Of a stretch of DNA of 64,000 bases, positions 17,451 to 26,675 are shown in pieces. The notes under the pieces are model-generated. The model was given only the letters and a program-made list of their open reading frames with translations. It was not told where the DNA came from and ran no database searches. The position numbers and the translations under genes were made by a program. How positions within the stretch are numbered: position 1 is the stretch's first letter; the number at the start of each line of letters is the position of its first letter. The stretch is from an uncultured Gemmiger sp. (GTDB taxonomy: Bacteria > Bacillota > Clostridia > Oscillospirales > Ruminococcaceae): positions 7,957 through 71,956 of the forward strand of contig CALXHS010000027.1 of assembly GCA_944388165.1 (NCBI GenBank). Direction: 5' to 3'.

Positions 17451-17479
17451 TTGACCCGGCGGCACCGCTGTGCTAGCAT
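17451..17479 (+). promoter_or_regulatory. Promoter candidate for the ammonium transporter gene
   Basis: TTGACC-17 nt-TAGCAT. Confidence 0.4.
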
Positions 17480-17495
17480 GGGGACAACAAAGCAA

Positions 17496-17546
17496 AGGCA
17501 AAGGCGCCGGACGGTAACCCACCGTCCGGCGCCTTTTGCTTTTTGA
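17496..17546 (+). terminator. Strong intrinsic terminator hairpin inside the amt leader (candidate attenuator)
   Basis: GCAAAGGCGCCGGACGG-taaccca-CCGTCCGGCGCCTTTTGC followed by TTTTT. It lies between the predicted promoter and the amt start at 17577. Confidence 0.6.
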
Positions 17547-17576
17547 TTTGAACTTGCAAGAGGGGAGACATGAGTT

Positions 17577-19292
17577 ATGTACAATTCCGCAGACGTGACC
17601 TGGACGCTGGTAGCGGCGTTTATGGTCTTTTTCATGCAGGCGGGGTTCGCTTTGTGCGAAGCGGGCCTGACCCGTGCCAAGAACACGGGCAACATCCTGA
17701 TGAAAAACATGATGGACTTTTGTATCGGCACGCCCTGCTACTGGCTGGTAGGCTTCGGCGTGATGTTTGCAGGGTCCGGTGCCCTGATCGGGGGCTTTGA
17801 CCCCTTCATCCGGGGCAGCTACGATTTCGGCAGCCTGCCGGTGTGGGTGTATGTGGTGTTCCAGACGGTGTTCTGCGCCACCGCCGCCACCATCGTGTCC
17901 GGCTCCATGGCCGAGCGCACCAAGTTCAGCGCCTACTGCCTGTACTCCGCAGCCATCAGCCTGATCGTTTATCCCATTTCCGGCCACTGGATCTGGGGCG
18001 GCGGCTGGCTGGCCCAGCTGGGCTTCCATGATTTCGCCGGTTCCACCGCCGTGCACTTTGTCGGCGGCGTCACCGCCATGCTGGGCGCCTGGATGCTGGG
18101 TCCCCATATCGGCAAGGACGACAAGGACGGCAAGCCCCGGGCCATTCCCGGCCACAACATGACCGCCATGGCGCTGGGCGTCTTTATCCTGTGGTTCTGC
18201 TGGTTCGGTTTCAACGGCGGCTCCACCGTTTCCATGACCGGTGACGAAACCATGATCTCCGCCGGCCTGATCTGCTTCAACACCAACCTGGCGGCCGCCC
18301 TGGCCACCGTGGCCGCCCTCATCGTCACCTGGCTGCGCTACGGCAAGCCGGATGTGTCCCTGACCTTCAACGGCGCTCTGGCCGGTCTGGTGGCCATCAC
18401 CGCCGGCTGCGACCAGGTGGACCCCTACGGCACCGCCATCATCGGCATCGTTGCCGGTGTGCTGTGCGTCTTCTCGGTGGAATTCTTTGACCGCATCGCC
18501 CGCATCGACGACCCTGTGGGCGCCGTATCCGTCCACTGCGTCAACGGCGCCTGGGGCACCCTGGCCGTTGGCCTGTTTGCCACTGACGGCGGTGTGTTCT
18601 ACGGCGGCGGCTTCGCCCGCCTGGGCGTGCAGGCCCTGGGCCTGGTCAGCGTGGCGGCCTGGGTCCTGGTGAGCATGTTCATCATCTTCAGCCTCATCAA
18701 GAAGTTCGTTGGCCTGCGGGTGACCGAACAGGAAGAGATCGACGGTCTGGACAGCCATGAACACGGCCTGACCAGCGCTTATGCGGGCTTTGCCATCAGC
18801 GACGCCAGCTATGCGGATCTGTCGGTGAACGAAAACACCGACCTGGGCCAGAGCGATCTGGAAAAGGCCAGCCCCGCCCAGGTAGCGGCGGCCGTCAAGG
18901 TGCAGAAGGAAGAACCTCTGCCGGCGGAACTGGATTCCGGTATGCACAAGGTGACCATGATCGTCAAGCTGGCCAAGTTCGACGAACTGAAGCGCGCCCT
19001 GAACGCGGTGGGCGTCACCGGTATGACGGTGACCCAGGTCATGGGCTGCGGCCTGCAGAAGGGCAGCGGTGAAAAGTACCGCGGCGCCGAAGTGGACGCC
19101 ACCCTGCTGCCCAAGGTCAAGGTGGAAGTGGTAGTGAGCAAGATCCCGGTGGATAAGATCATCGAGGCGGCCACCAAGGCGCTGTACACCGGTCATATCG
19201 GTGACGGCAAGATCTTCGTCTACAACGTGGCCAAGGTGGTCAAGGTCCGTACCGGCGAGGTGGACTACGACGCCTTGCAGGACGTGGAATAA
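17577..19292 (+). CDS. amt: Ammonium transporter (Amt) fused to a C-terminal P-II (GlnK/GlnB-like) domain
   Basis: N-terminal Amt signature FMVFFMQAGFALCEAG and about 11 TM segments. The last 115 aa (MHKVTMIVKLAKFDELKRALNAVGVTGMTVTQVMGCGLQKGSGEKYRGAEV...GDGKIFVY) form a complete P-II fold with a T-loop YRG. Confidence 0.88.
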   Translation: MYNSADVTWTLVAAFMVFFMQAGFALCEAGLTRAKNTGNILMKNMMDFCIGTPCYWLVGFGVMFAGSGALIGGFDPFIRGSYDFGSLPVWVYVVFQTVFCATAATIVSGSMAERTKFSAYCLYSAAISLIVYPISGHWIWGGGWLAQLGFHDFAGSTAVHFVGGVTAMLGAWMLGPHIGKDDKDGKPRAIPGHNMTAMALGVFILWFCWFGFNGGSTVSMTGDETMISAGLICFNTNLAAALATVAALIVTWLRYGKPDVSLTFNGALAGLVAITAGCDQVDPYGTAIIGIVAGVLCVFSVEFFDRIARIDDPVGAVSVHCVNGAWGTLAVGLFATDGGVFYGGGFARLGVQALGLVSVAAWVLVSMFIIFSLIKKFVGLRVTEQEEIDGLDSHEHGLTSAYAGFAISDASYADLSVNENTDLGQSDLEKASPAQVAAAVKVQKEEPLPAELDSGMHKVTMIVKLAKFDELKRALNAVGVTGMTVTQVMGCGLQKGSGEKYRGAEVDATLLPKVKVEVVVSKIPVDKIIEAATKALYTGHIGDGKIFVYNVAKVVKVRTGEVDYDALQDVE

Positions 19293-19317
19293 AGCGATTC
19301 ACTCTCAGCAGTCATAG

Positions 19318-19360
19318 AAAGGGCGGGACCCCGTTTGTGCGGCGGGGCCCCGCCTTTTTG
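19318..19360. terminator. Bidirectional terminator between amt and corA
   Basis: GGGCGGGACCCCG-loop-CGGGGCCCCGCC followed by TTTTT. Confidence 0.7.
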
Positions 19361-19361
19361 G

Positions 19362-20246
19362 TTATAACATGCCCTGGCGGCGGAAAAACAGCAGTTCCGC
19401 CGCCACCAGCACCAGGCAGGCGGCGGCCACCGCTGGGTAACCCCAGGCAGCATTGGGGGCCAGCATGCTGTCAAAATTCATGCCGTACCACCCTGCCACC
19501 AGACTCAGGGGCAGAAAGAGGGTGGTCACCACCGTGAGCATGGTCACCACCCGGTTCTGCTCCAGCTCGATGCGGGACTGGTACACCTGCCACAATTGCA
19601 GGATGTATTCCCGCAGGGTCTCAGCTTCGTCCCGCAGGCGGGCGGCCCGGGTGGTGGCCCGCTGCCAGGCCGCCCGCTCCGCCCGGGTCAGCATCCGGGG
19701 GGCGTCGGCCTGCAGTTCGTCCCCCAGCAGCACCAGCTGGGCATAGGCCCCGTGCAAAGCGGCCAGGGTGCGGCGCTCGGTCATGACGGTGTGCTCAAAT
19801 CCCCGGATGTGCCCGGCGGCCAGGGCTTCCTCCAGGGCGTTGAGCCGCTTTTCCAGCGCCTGCAATACCAGGGCGTCGGCTCCCATATGCTGTTCCAGCA
19901 TGGCCAGCAGTACCCCGGCGGGGGAGGCGGGGGCCGCCGCCGGCAGGCCGGGGGTCAGGGGCGGGGCGCTTTCCGGTGCGGGGATCAGGTACAGCCCGGC
20001 TTCGGTCAGACAGAAGCAGAACCGCAGAGGTTCGCCCCCGGTGGGCAGGCGGATGGTGCCCTGTACGCAGTCCCGGTAGGCGGCCGCCCGGCAGTAGCGG
20101 ATGTTTTCCAGTGCGGCGGACAGGGCTTTGCGGTGGGGCAGACCGGGGCAGCGGGGCAGTTCTGCGGGGGTGAGCAGAAAAACGCTGCCCTGGGGCCCGG
20201 TCGCCGTATGCAGCCGCCCGGCGGCGTCCAAGCGGTATCGGCGCAT
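19362..20246 (-). CDS. corA: CorA-family magnesium/cobalt transporter
   Basis: 294 aa. C-terminal two TM segments with the GMN signature (VAGWYGMNFDSM). Confidence 0.85.
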   Translation of the reverse strand: MRRYRLDAAGRLHTATGPQGSVFLLTPAELPRCPGLPHRKALSAALENIRYCRAAAYRDCVQGTIRLPTGGEPLRFCFCLTEAGLYLIPAPESAPPLTPGLPAAAPASPAGVLLAMLEQHMGADALVLQALEKRLNALEEALAAGHIRGFEHTVMTERRTLAALHGAYAQLVLLGDELQADAPRMLTRAERAAWQRATTRAARLRDEAETLREYILQLWQVYQSRIELEQNRVVTMLTVVTTLFLPLSLVAGWYGMNFDSMLAPNAAWGYPAVAAACLVLVAAELLFFRRQGML

Positions 20247-20351
20247 GAGGGGATGTCTCCTTTCCTGCGGGTTTTGGGAAAGTATGGCCTTGTGGCGGCG
20301 GGCTTAATCCCGGAAATACGCATACCGGCCTGAAAACCGCATATACTGGCC

Positions 20352-20840
20352 ATGGGTGATGCTGTTATGCGCAAAAAAGGGTGGAAAAATGTGGCCTTCT
20401 GGATCATCGTGACCGAGGCCGTGGGAGCGTTTTCCGGCTGGCTGAGCCGGGGCGGGGCGGAATTCTATGCCCGGCAGATCCGCAAACCGCCGCTGTCGCC
20501 GCCGGGGATCGTCTTTCCCATCGTCTGGACGGTGCTCTATGTCCTGATGGGATACGGCGCGTCGGTCATCGACCGCAGCCCGGAATCCGAGGCGCGCACC
20601 AAGGCACTGACTGTGTATCTGGTGCAGCTGGGCTTCAACTTCTTCTGGAGCCTGATCTTCTTCAACGGGCAGTGGTACGGGTTTGCCTTCCTCTGGCTGG
20701 CGGCGCTGTGGGCGCTGGTGTTTGTGATGATCCGCCGGTTTGAAAAGGTGGACGCCATCGCCGCAAAACTGCAGTGGCCGTACCTGGTCTGGCTGACTTT
20801 TGCGGGGTATCTCAACCTGGGTGTGTGGATCCTGAACTGA
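20352..20840 (+). CDS. tspO: TspO/MBR family tryptophan-rich sensory protein
   Basis: Five TM segments. Motifs KPPLSPPGIVFPIVWTVLYVLMGY and FFWSLIFF are typical of TspO. Start is uncertain (ATG 20352 or 20367; no clear RBS). Confidence 0.8.
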   Translation: MGDAVMRKKGWKNVAFWIIVTEAVGAFSGWLSRGGAEFYARQIRKPPLSPPGIVFPIVWTVLYVLMGYGASVIDRSPESEARTKALTVYLVQLGFNFFWSLIFFNGQWYGFAFLWLAALWALVFVMIRRFEKVDAIAAKLQWPYLVWLTFAGYLNLGVWILN

Positions 20841-20888
20841 AAAAAGAGAAACAGCGGGGCGGCGGACAAAAGTCCGCCGCCCCGCTGT
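20841..20888 (-). terminator. Terminator hairpin shared by tspO and the convergent GNAT gene
   Basis: 17-bp stem ACAGCGGGGCGGCGGAC-aaaa-GTCCGCCGCCCCGCTGT. The T-run is on the reverse strand. Confidence 0.7.
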
Positions 20889-21398
20889 TCAATGCTGCGC
20901 AGGCAGGTGTATTTCCATTTTTCGTTCCAGAAGAGGGCCGCTGCCCTGGGTGATGCCGGTATCCCGGAACCCCTGGGCGCGGTAAAATTCCATGGCCCGG
21001 ATGTTGCTTCCAAGCACCCACAGGGCGGCGGTGGTGTACCCTTGGCTGTGGAGGGTGTCCAGGGCGGTGTGGAGCAGCTGGGCACCGATGCCCTTATGCT
21101 GGGACTTTTGCAGCACATACAACCCCACGACCTCACCAGGAGTGGGAGAAGGCGCTTCGCCCCGCCAGGGACCGTGGCCGCAGAAGCCCACGGTTTCCTC
21201 TTCCAGCACGGCTACGAAAATATTGCGGCAGCCCTCCCGCCGGAAAATGCCCACACTGCGTTCCTCAGACAGGTGGGACATGATCTCGCCGGGGAGCAGT
21301 CCGGTGTAGGTTTCCTGCCAGGCGTGAAAGTGTACCCGGCCGATGGCTTCGGCGTCGCTTTCTGCGGCGGGTCGGATGAGGAGGGAGGGAATGCGCAT
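20889..21398 (-). CDS. GNAT family N-acetyltransferase
   Basis: Start trimmed to MRIPSLLIRPAAESDAEAIG. Acetyl-CoA motif QKSQHKGIGAQLL. 169 aa. Confidence 0.8.
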   Translation of the reverse strand: MRIPSLLIRPAAESDAEAIGRVHFHAWQETYTGLLPGEIMSHLSEERSVGIFRREGCRNIFVAVLEEETVGFCGHGPWRGEAPSPTPGEVVGLYVLQKSQHKGIGAQLLHTALDTLHSQGYTTAALWVLGSNIRAMEFYRAQGFRDTGITQGSGPLLERKMEIHLPAQH

Positions 21399-21423
21399 GG
21401 GAACGGGCTCCTTTCTGCAAGGC

Positions 21424-22581
21424 TTACTTTTCCGGCACCAGGGTGCAGACGGTCTCCAGATGTTCCGTGTGAGGGAACAGATCCACGGGCTGGAAGCCTG
21501 TGGCCTGCCAGCCCCGGCGGGTGAAAAGGGCGATGTCCCGGGCCAGGGTCTCGGGGTCACAGCTCACATAGACGATGCGCTTGGGGGCCATGGCGGTGAC
21601 GGCGGCGATGAACTCCGGCGTGGTGCCCGCCCGGGGCGGGTCGAGAAAGACCACGTCGGGGCGCAGGCCCTCTTTGGCGGCCTGCACGATCCATTCGGTG
21701 GCATCGGCGCAGAAGAACCGGGCGTTCCTGATGCCGTTGCGGGCGGCGTTGGCGGCGGCATCCCGCACAGCGGCGGGGGTGCGTTCCACCCCGATGAGCC
21801 GCCCCGCTCCAGCGGACACGGCGCACAGTCCGATGGTGCCGGTGCCGCAGTAGGCGTCCAGCACTGTCCCCTTGCCGGTGAGAGCGGCGGCTCCCATGGC
21901 CTTGTTGTACAGCACCTCGGTCTGGGCGGGGTTCACCTGGTAAAAGCTGGAGGCCGAGATGGAAAACTTCAGCCCGCACAAGGTATCCAGGATATGCCCC
22001 GGCCCGTACAGCACCCGCACATCCTTGCCCAGCACCGCGCTGGTGTGGCGGGGATTGCAGTTGTGCACCACCGTGGTGACCCAGGGGGCCGCCTTGCGCA
22101 GAGCCGCCACAAAATTGCGGCTGCCGGGCAGACGGTCAGAGGCGGTGACGAGCACCACCATCACCTGCCCCGTGTGCACGCCCCGGCGCACCAGGACATG
22201 GCGCAAAAGGCCGGTGCCCCGGTCCTCGTGATAGGCGGGCCAGCGGCAGGCGCGGGCGGCGTCCACGGCGGCTTTCAGCGTCTGGTTGAGAACTTCGTCC
22301 TGCAAAAGGCAGCCTTCCTCCGGCATGGGCAGCACGCGGTGGGTACCCGCGGCGTAGATGCCCGCCTGCAGCCCGTCCCACCCCTGAGTGAAGGTGGCAA
22401 TGGCCTTGTTGCGGTAATGCCAGGGGTCTGCCTGGCCCAGAATGGGCGCGACGGGGGCGTAACGCTCCAGGAGGGCCCGGGCTTTCTGCTGCTTTTGAGC
22501 CAGCTGCTCCTCATAAGGCAGGTGCAGCAGGGGACAGCCGCCGCAGCTGCGGGACTGCAAGGGACATTTCCGGGTGGACAT
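21424..22581 (-). CDS. 23S rRNA (uracil-5-)-methyltransferase, RumA/RlmD family
   Basis: Start trimmed to MSTRKCPLQSRSCGGCPLLHLPYEEQL (Fe-S Cys cluster of the RumA family). SAM motif VLDAYCGTGTIGL. C-terminal VYVSCDPETLARD...FPHTEHLE. 385 aa. Confidence 0.85.
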   Translation of the reverse strand: MSTRKCPLQSRSCGGCPLLHLPYEEQLAQKQQKARALLERYAPVAPILGQADPWHYRNKAIATFTQGWDGLQAGIYAAGTHRVLPMPEEGCLLQDEVLNQTLKAAVDAARACRWPAYHEDRGTGLLRHVLVRRGVHTGQVMVVLVTASDRLPGSRNFVAALRKAAPWVTTVVHNCNPRHTSAVLGKDVRVLYGPGHILDTLCGLKFSISASSFYQVNPAQTEVLYNKAMGAAALTGKGTVLDAYCGTGTIGLCAVSAGAGRLIGVERTPAAVRDAAANAARNGIRNARFFCADATEWIVQAAKEGLRPDVVFLDPPRAGTTPEFIAAVTAMAPKRIVYVSCDPETLARDIALFTRRGWQATGFQPVDLFPHTEHLETVCTLVPEK

Positions 22582-22704
22582 AAGGCAACTTCCTTTATAT
22601 ATAAGGTACAGGCAAGGGGGGCTTGCCGCATATGGTATACTGTTTGTAGAAGCAGTTTTCCGGCCCGGGCCATGCCCGCGCCGCTTATACGGAGGGATAC
22701 GAAT

Positions 22705-23325
22705 ATGAATGTTTTGCTCATCAACGGCAGCTCCCACGCCCACGGCTGCACCGACGCCGCCTTGCAGGAGGTGGCCAAGGCCCTGAACGCCGACGGCATC
22801 GAGACCACCATCTTCCACATCGGGGCGGCCCCGGTGGGGGGCTGTGTGGGCTGCGGCGGCTGCGCCAAGGCCGGGCAGTGCGTCTTTGGCGGTCCGGTGG
22901 CCGACGTGGTGCCTCTGGCTGAAAAGGCCGACGCCTTTGTGTTCGGCGCGCCGGTGCACTATGCCACCGCGGCGGCGGGGATGCTGGGCTTCATGCACCG
23001 TCTGGCGTACAGCGCCGGGCGGACCCTGCGCCACAAGCCGGCGGCCATCGTGACCAGCGCCCGCCGCGCCGGTACCACCACCAGCCTGGAAGCCCTGGAA
23101 AAGGTGCCCCAGTTCTATGAGATGCCCCTCATCAGCTCCACCTACTGGCCCATGGTCCACGGCAGCAACGCCGAACAGGCCTGGCAGGACGAGGAGGGCA
23201 TGCAGATCATGCGCAATCTGGGCCACAACATGGCCTGGGTGCTGAAGTGCATCGAGGCGGGCCGCGCCGCGGGCATCGAGCCCCCGGTGGCGGAAAACAC
23301 CCTGCGCACCAACTTCATCCGCTGA
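22705..23325 (+). CDS. Flavodoxin-like fold FMN reductase / iron-sulfur flavoprotein family protein
   Basis: Real ORF is the last 206 aa of track ORF 21343..23325: MNVLLINGSSHAHGCTDAAL...CVGCGGC...FGAPVHY, typical of the NADPH-dependent FMN reductase family. Confidence 0.75.
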   Translation: MNVLLINGSSHAHGCTDAALQEVAKALNADGIETTIFHIGAAPVGGCVGCGGCAKAGQCVFGGPVADVVPLAEKADAFVFGAPVHYATAAAGMLGFMHRLAYSAGRTLRHKPAAIVTSARRAGTTTSLEALEKVPQFYEMPLISSTYWPMVHGSNAEQAWQDEEGMQIMRNLGHNMAWVLKCIEAGRAAGIEPPVAENTLRTNFIR

Positions 23326-23335
23326 ATCTTACAGG

Positions 23336-23362
23336 CAAGGCCGGGGAATTTCCCCGGCCTTG
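23336..23362. terminator. Hairpin between convergent genes (probable bidirectional terminator)
   Basis: CAAGGCCGGGG-aattt-CCCCGGCCTTG. Flanking T/A runs are weak. Confidence 0.5.
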
Positions 23363-23372
23363 TCTGTATCTG

Positions 23373-23945
23373 TCAGGCCGCAGAGTCTTCCGTCAGCAGG
23401 GTGGCGGCGCTTTCCGGCGTCTGACCGGTGGGGAACACCCCTTGCAGCAGGGCCACGATGTGGTCGGTGTCGGCAGAATGGGTCATGGAGGAGACATAGA
23501 CGGTGAGACCGTTGTCATAAGTGACCTCGGCAAAAACGGCCTGGTAGCTGCCGCAGTCGTACCGCACCGCCTTGGTCTGAGCGCTGGGCACGGTGAACTC
23601 CATCTCGTATTCCAGGGCGGTGGTCTCGGCGGTGAGTTCCTCCCCGGACTGGGCCAGGAAATCGGTGTAGCTGTCGGTGACCTGGAGCAGCACCGCCGTA
23701 TAGTTGAAGCTGGTGCCGCACATCAGGCTGACGGTGTCCTCCTGGGGTTCGGTGGGTTCTTCCCAAACGCTGGTGTCGTAGATCACCGACACGCCGTTGG
23801 AACCGTCGTACTGCTGGTAGGCGGCTTCTTCTTTGGAGGCGGTCTCGCTGCCGTAGAGGTAGGACATGAAGTCCCCGAAGGAACAGGCGCTCAGGCTCAG
23901 AGCCAGCCCGGCGGCCAGCAGGGACAGGAGGATTCTGTGTTTCAT
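23373..23945 (-). CDS. Hypothetical lipoprotein
   Basis: MKHRILLSLLAAGLALSLSAC has a signal peptide plus lipobox (LSAC). 190 aa, acidic. RBS AAAGGAAAGGA. Confidence 0.65.
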   Translation of the reverse strand: MKHRILLSLLAAGLALSLSACSFGDFMSYLYGSETASKEEAAYQQYDGSNGVSVIYDTSVWEEPTEPQEDTVSLMCGTSFNYTAVLLQVTDSYTDFLAQSGEELTAETTALEYEMEFTVPSAQTKAVRYDCGSYQAVFAEVTYDNGLTVYVSSMTHSADTDHIVALLQGVFPTGQTPESAATLLTEDSAA

Positions 23946-23965
23946 GGAAAATGATCCTTTCCTTT

Positions 23966-24472
23966 TTATATGAAGCGGAACCAGAGTAGAAAGCCCACCC
24001 AGGAGGCTGCCGCGCCGAAGAACAATCCGGCCAGTACATCGCTGATATAGTGCACCCCGCACAGCACCCGGGTCAGGGCGATGACTGCTGCCAGCAGGCT
24101 CAGAACCAGGGCGGGCAGAGGCGAGACCCAGGCGGCCGCCGCCGCAATGCAGGCCGCCGAAAAGCAGTGGCGGCTGGGAAAACTCTGGCCTTTGGTATCC
24201 TTGGGGAAGAGGGGGGCAAAGCCCAGGGTCTCATAGGGGCGGGGACGGTTGATGGCCCGGCGCACCCCGGTGCCCAGCAGGAACACCACGGCGGGCACCG
24301 CCAGGAAGGGCCACAGCAGCGGGTCCCGCAGCCACAGAAGCCGGGCGGCCAGGGCGGCATACAGCAGGTACACCGCCGCTACCCCGCCCACCGAGGCGGC
24401 GCGCAGGACTTTTTTGGCAGCGGGGCGGGCGTTGAACCAGGCGAATACCGCCCGGTAGCGGTCTGCGGTCAT
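23966..24472 (-). CDS. PAP2-family phosphatase (undecaprenyl-diphosphatase-like)
   Basis: PAP2 motifs KDTKGQSFPSRH and RVLCGVHYISDVLAG. Membrane protein of 168 aa. Confidence 0.8.
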   Translation of the reverse strand: MTADRYRAVFAWFNARPAAKKVLRAASVGGVAAVYLLYAALAARLLWLRDPLLWPFLAVPAVVFLLGTGVRRAINRPRPYETLGFAPLFPKDTKGQSFPSRHCFSAACIAAAAAWVSPLPALVLSLLAAVIALTRVLCGVHYISDVLAGLFFGAAASWVGFLLWFRFI

Positions 24473-24555
24473 GGCGGGCCTCCTTTTGGCAAAATCCGGC
24501 AGGGCACATCACCCCATTATATAAGGTAAGTCAAGGATACCATCCCCCGGGCGGC

Positions 24556-24584
24556 TTGTCAAACCGGGGGACGGCGGGTATAAT
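24556..24584 (+). promoter_or_regulatory. Promoter candidate for the O-antigen-ligase-like gene
   Basis: TTGTCA-17 nt-TATAAT. The track's TTG start at 24556 is this -35 box. Confidence 0.5.
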
Positions 24585-24621
24585 AGGCCCAGAATCTTTT
24601 GCACAAAGGGGGCCGGGCCGG

Positions 24622-25956
24622 GTGTTCGGATTTGCAAACGGGCTGCTGCTGGCGTTGTTTGCGGCGGCCATATGGGACCTGGGGCAGGCATGGACTGCCC
24701 AGGCGCCGGGAACAGGACGGCTGCGCCGGGCGCTGACCGGACTGTGGCGCAATGACCACTATCTGTTCGGCAGCTGGGGCAACCCCTGGCGCGGCAAGGC
24801 CGGGGCGGTGTGTTTTGCGGTGGGTCTGGCCGCCTACGAGGTCAGTGTGGCCTTCTGCAACAGCATGGCCCGGGATGCCTGGCCCTGGGCACAGGGGGTG
24901 CTTTCCCCAGTGCTGGACTGGGTGGCCTTCCTCTGTTTCGGGGCGAAGATCCTCTTCGGCACCCGGTATACCTGGCGCAGTCTGGGCGTGGCCGGGGCAC
25001 TGTATTTCATTGCCCGGTGGGTATATTTCAACTGTCATAACATCTGGTGGCTGGGACTGGTGGTGGCAGTGCTGGCCGCCAAGGACCTGCCCCTGGAAAA
25101 AGCCCTGAAAACCTTCCTGATTGCGGGAACGGCGGCCATCCTTCTGGTGGTGGGGCTGAACTATGTGGGCATGCTGCCCCCTGCGCCGGGTCTGGCAGCG
25201 GAACGCAACCTGGACGAGATCCGGGGCACCTACGGCTACGGCCATCCCAACACCTTCGGCGGTCTGGCCTTCGGCCTGGTCATGGCCTTCGCCATGCTGC
25301 GGGCGAAAAAGCCCCGGTGGCTGGATGCCGGTATCGTGGCGGCGGTGGGGGTGTTCCTCTACAAAGGTCCGGCCTGCCGCACGGCGGCCTTGTGCTGCTT
25401 CGGGCTGGCGGTGCTGCTGATCTGGTGCCGTCTGCGCCGGGCAAAGCCCATGCCCCGGTTTGCCGCGCCCCTGTGCACGGCGGTGGTGCCCGCCCTGGCG
25501 GCGGTGAGTTTTCTGCTGCCATTGCCCATGGTGAAAAACGGCCCCTGGTGGTCGGATTTCGGCCCCGAATGGATCGCTAAGCTGGATGATCTGCTCACCG
25601 GGCGGCTGTCCCTGGTGTGGATCGCCTACCGGGTGCTGGATGTGAAGATCGCCGGGCAGATGCTGCCCGACTGGCCCGCCCTGGACAACAGCTTTGTGTT
25701 CACCCTGTACCAGTTCGGCCCGGTGGTGGCGGTGCTGCTGGCGGTGCTCACCGGCTTTGCTCTGTGGGGCTTTGCCCGGCGGGGCGGCCGGGTGGAGGTG
25801 TGCTGTCTGCTGGCCATGCTGGTGTATGCCTATATGGAATGCCAGAGCTTCCACCTGACCACCAACCCGGCGGCGCTGCTGCTGGCGGGGGCGGTGTTTG
25901 CCCAGGCGCCCCGACAGTGGACGGGGGTGTACGGGGCCTTGCCCGAAAAGGAATAA
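24622..25956 (+). CDS. O-antigen ligase/polymerase-like (Wzy_C-type) polytopic membrane protein
   Basis: Start moved to GTG 24622 (VFGFANGLLLALF), downstream of the promoter and RBS AAAGGGGG. More than 10 TM segments with a central loop RGTYGYGHPNTFGGLAFGLV resembling the O-antigen ligase family. Confidence 0.6.
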   Translation: MFGFANGLLLALFAAAIWDLGQAWTAQAPGTGRLRRALTGLWRNDHYLFGSWGNPWRGKAGAVCFAVGLAAYEVSVAFCNSMARDAWPWAQGVLSPVLDWVAFLCFGAKILFGTRYTWRSLGVAGALYFIARWVYFNCHNIWWLGLVVAVLAAKDLPLEKALKTFLIAGTAAILLVVGLNYVGMLPPAPGLAAERNLDEIRGTYGYGHPNTFGGLAFGLVMAFAMLRAKKPRWLDAGIVAAVGVFLYKGPACRTAALCCFGLAVLLIWCRLRRAKPMPRFAAPLCTAVVPALAAVSFLLPLPMVKNGPWWSDFGPEWIAKLDDLLTGRLSLVWIAYRVLDVKIAGQMLPDWPALDNSFVFTLYQFGPVVAVLLAVLTGFALWGFARRGGRVEVCCLLAMLVYAYMECQSFHLTTNPAALLLAGAVFAQAPRQWTGVYGALPEKE

Positions 25957-25964
25957 ACAAAAGG

Positions 25965-26000
25965 GAAAGCGGCGTCCGCATGGCGGACGCCGCTTTTTGT
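25965..26000. terminator. Bidirectional terminator
   Basis: AAGCGGCGTCCGC-atg-GCGGACGCCGCTT followed by TTTT, with an A-run upstream. Confidence 0.8.
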
Positions 26001-26052
26001 ATGGAGAGTAAAGGGAAAGATTTAGGGAATTGTCAGGGAAACAGGAACCGGC

Positions 26053-26430
26053 TTACAGGTCGGTCTTCCACAGGCCGTGCAGGTTGCAGTAAGCGTAGAC
26101 GGCCTTGGGGGCTTCGCCTTCCGCCAGAGCGAAGGTGGCGGTGGGGGCGGTGTCGGGGGCCAGGTTCTTGACGGAAAAGCCCTTGTCGGTCTCCAGAAGG
26201 ACCCACTCGATATAATGCTCGGGAGTCATGGGATGGACCACGCTGCCCACCTGGACTTCCACGGTGCGGCCGTTGACGGTGACGGCGGGGACGTGCTTCT
26301 CAAGAGCGGCGTCCACGCTGCCGGCAACCAGCAGGTCCATCTTCTGCCCGCAGCAGAAGACAGGCACGTTGGAGTCGTGGAGCATGGTGATGATGTTGCC
26401 GCAATGGGCGCAGCGATAAATCTTGATCAT
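26053..26430 (-). CDS. dfx: Desulfoferrodoxin (2Fe superoxide reductase)
   Basis: 125 aa: MIKIYRCAHCGNIITMLHDSNVPVFCCGQKM (desulforedoxin-like Cys4 site), then EKHVP...HPMTPEHYIEW...YCNLHGLW (neelaredoxin site). The track ORF 26053..27345 is over-extended. Confidence 0.9.
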   Translation of the reverse strand: MIKIYRCAHCGNIITMLHDSNVPVFCCGQKMDLLVAGSVDAALEKHVPAVTVNGRTVEVQVGSVVHPMTPEHYIEWVLLETDKGFSVKNLAPDTAPTATFALAEGEAPKAVYAYCNLHGLWKTDL

Positions 26431-26554
26431 GGTAAAAACCTCCGTTTTTTGGTAATAGTGTGATCGCGGCGGCGCCGCGTATGGTTCCGAATCAGTGCAG
26501 GGGGCTTGGTGCCGTCCCTGTGCCTTTAGTATACACGGTTTTGCTGCAAAAGTA

Positions 26555-26572
26555 TTGTTGCCGTGACAACAA
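26555..26572. promoter_or_regulatory. Degenerate 18-bp palindrome in the dfx / nifU-like divergent region
   Basis: TTGTTG-ccgtga-CAACAA. Outer arms resemble the clostridial Rex half-site TTGTTAA. A weak call. Confidence 0.25.
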
Positions 26573-26638
26573 AATAAAAATCTTTTTCCGCATCGGCGAA
26601 CAAAACGCCAAAAACCGCAAAAGTTGGGTCGATACACC

Positions 26639-26667
26639 TTGAAAATTGCCAGGCAGGGACGTATAAT
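26639..26667 (+). promoter_or_regulatory. Promoter for the NifU-like/GGGtGRT operon
   Basis: TTGAAA-17 nt-TATAAT. Confidence 0.55.
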
Positions 26668-26675
26668 AAAAATGG

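Noticed and set aside
24556-24621. Track start codons TTG 24556 (O-antigen-ligase-like gene) and TTG 30380 (XRE gene)
   Set aside because: Both TTG triplets are the first bases of -35 hexamers (TTGTCA and TTGACA) of well-spaced promoters. Translation cannot start upstream of the transcript, so the starts were moved to 24622 and 30449.
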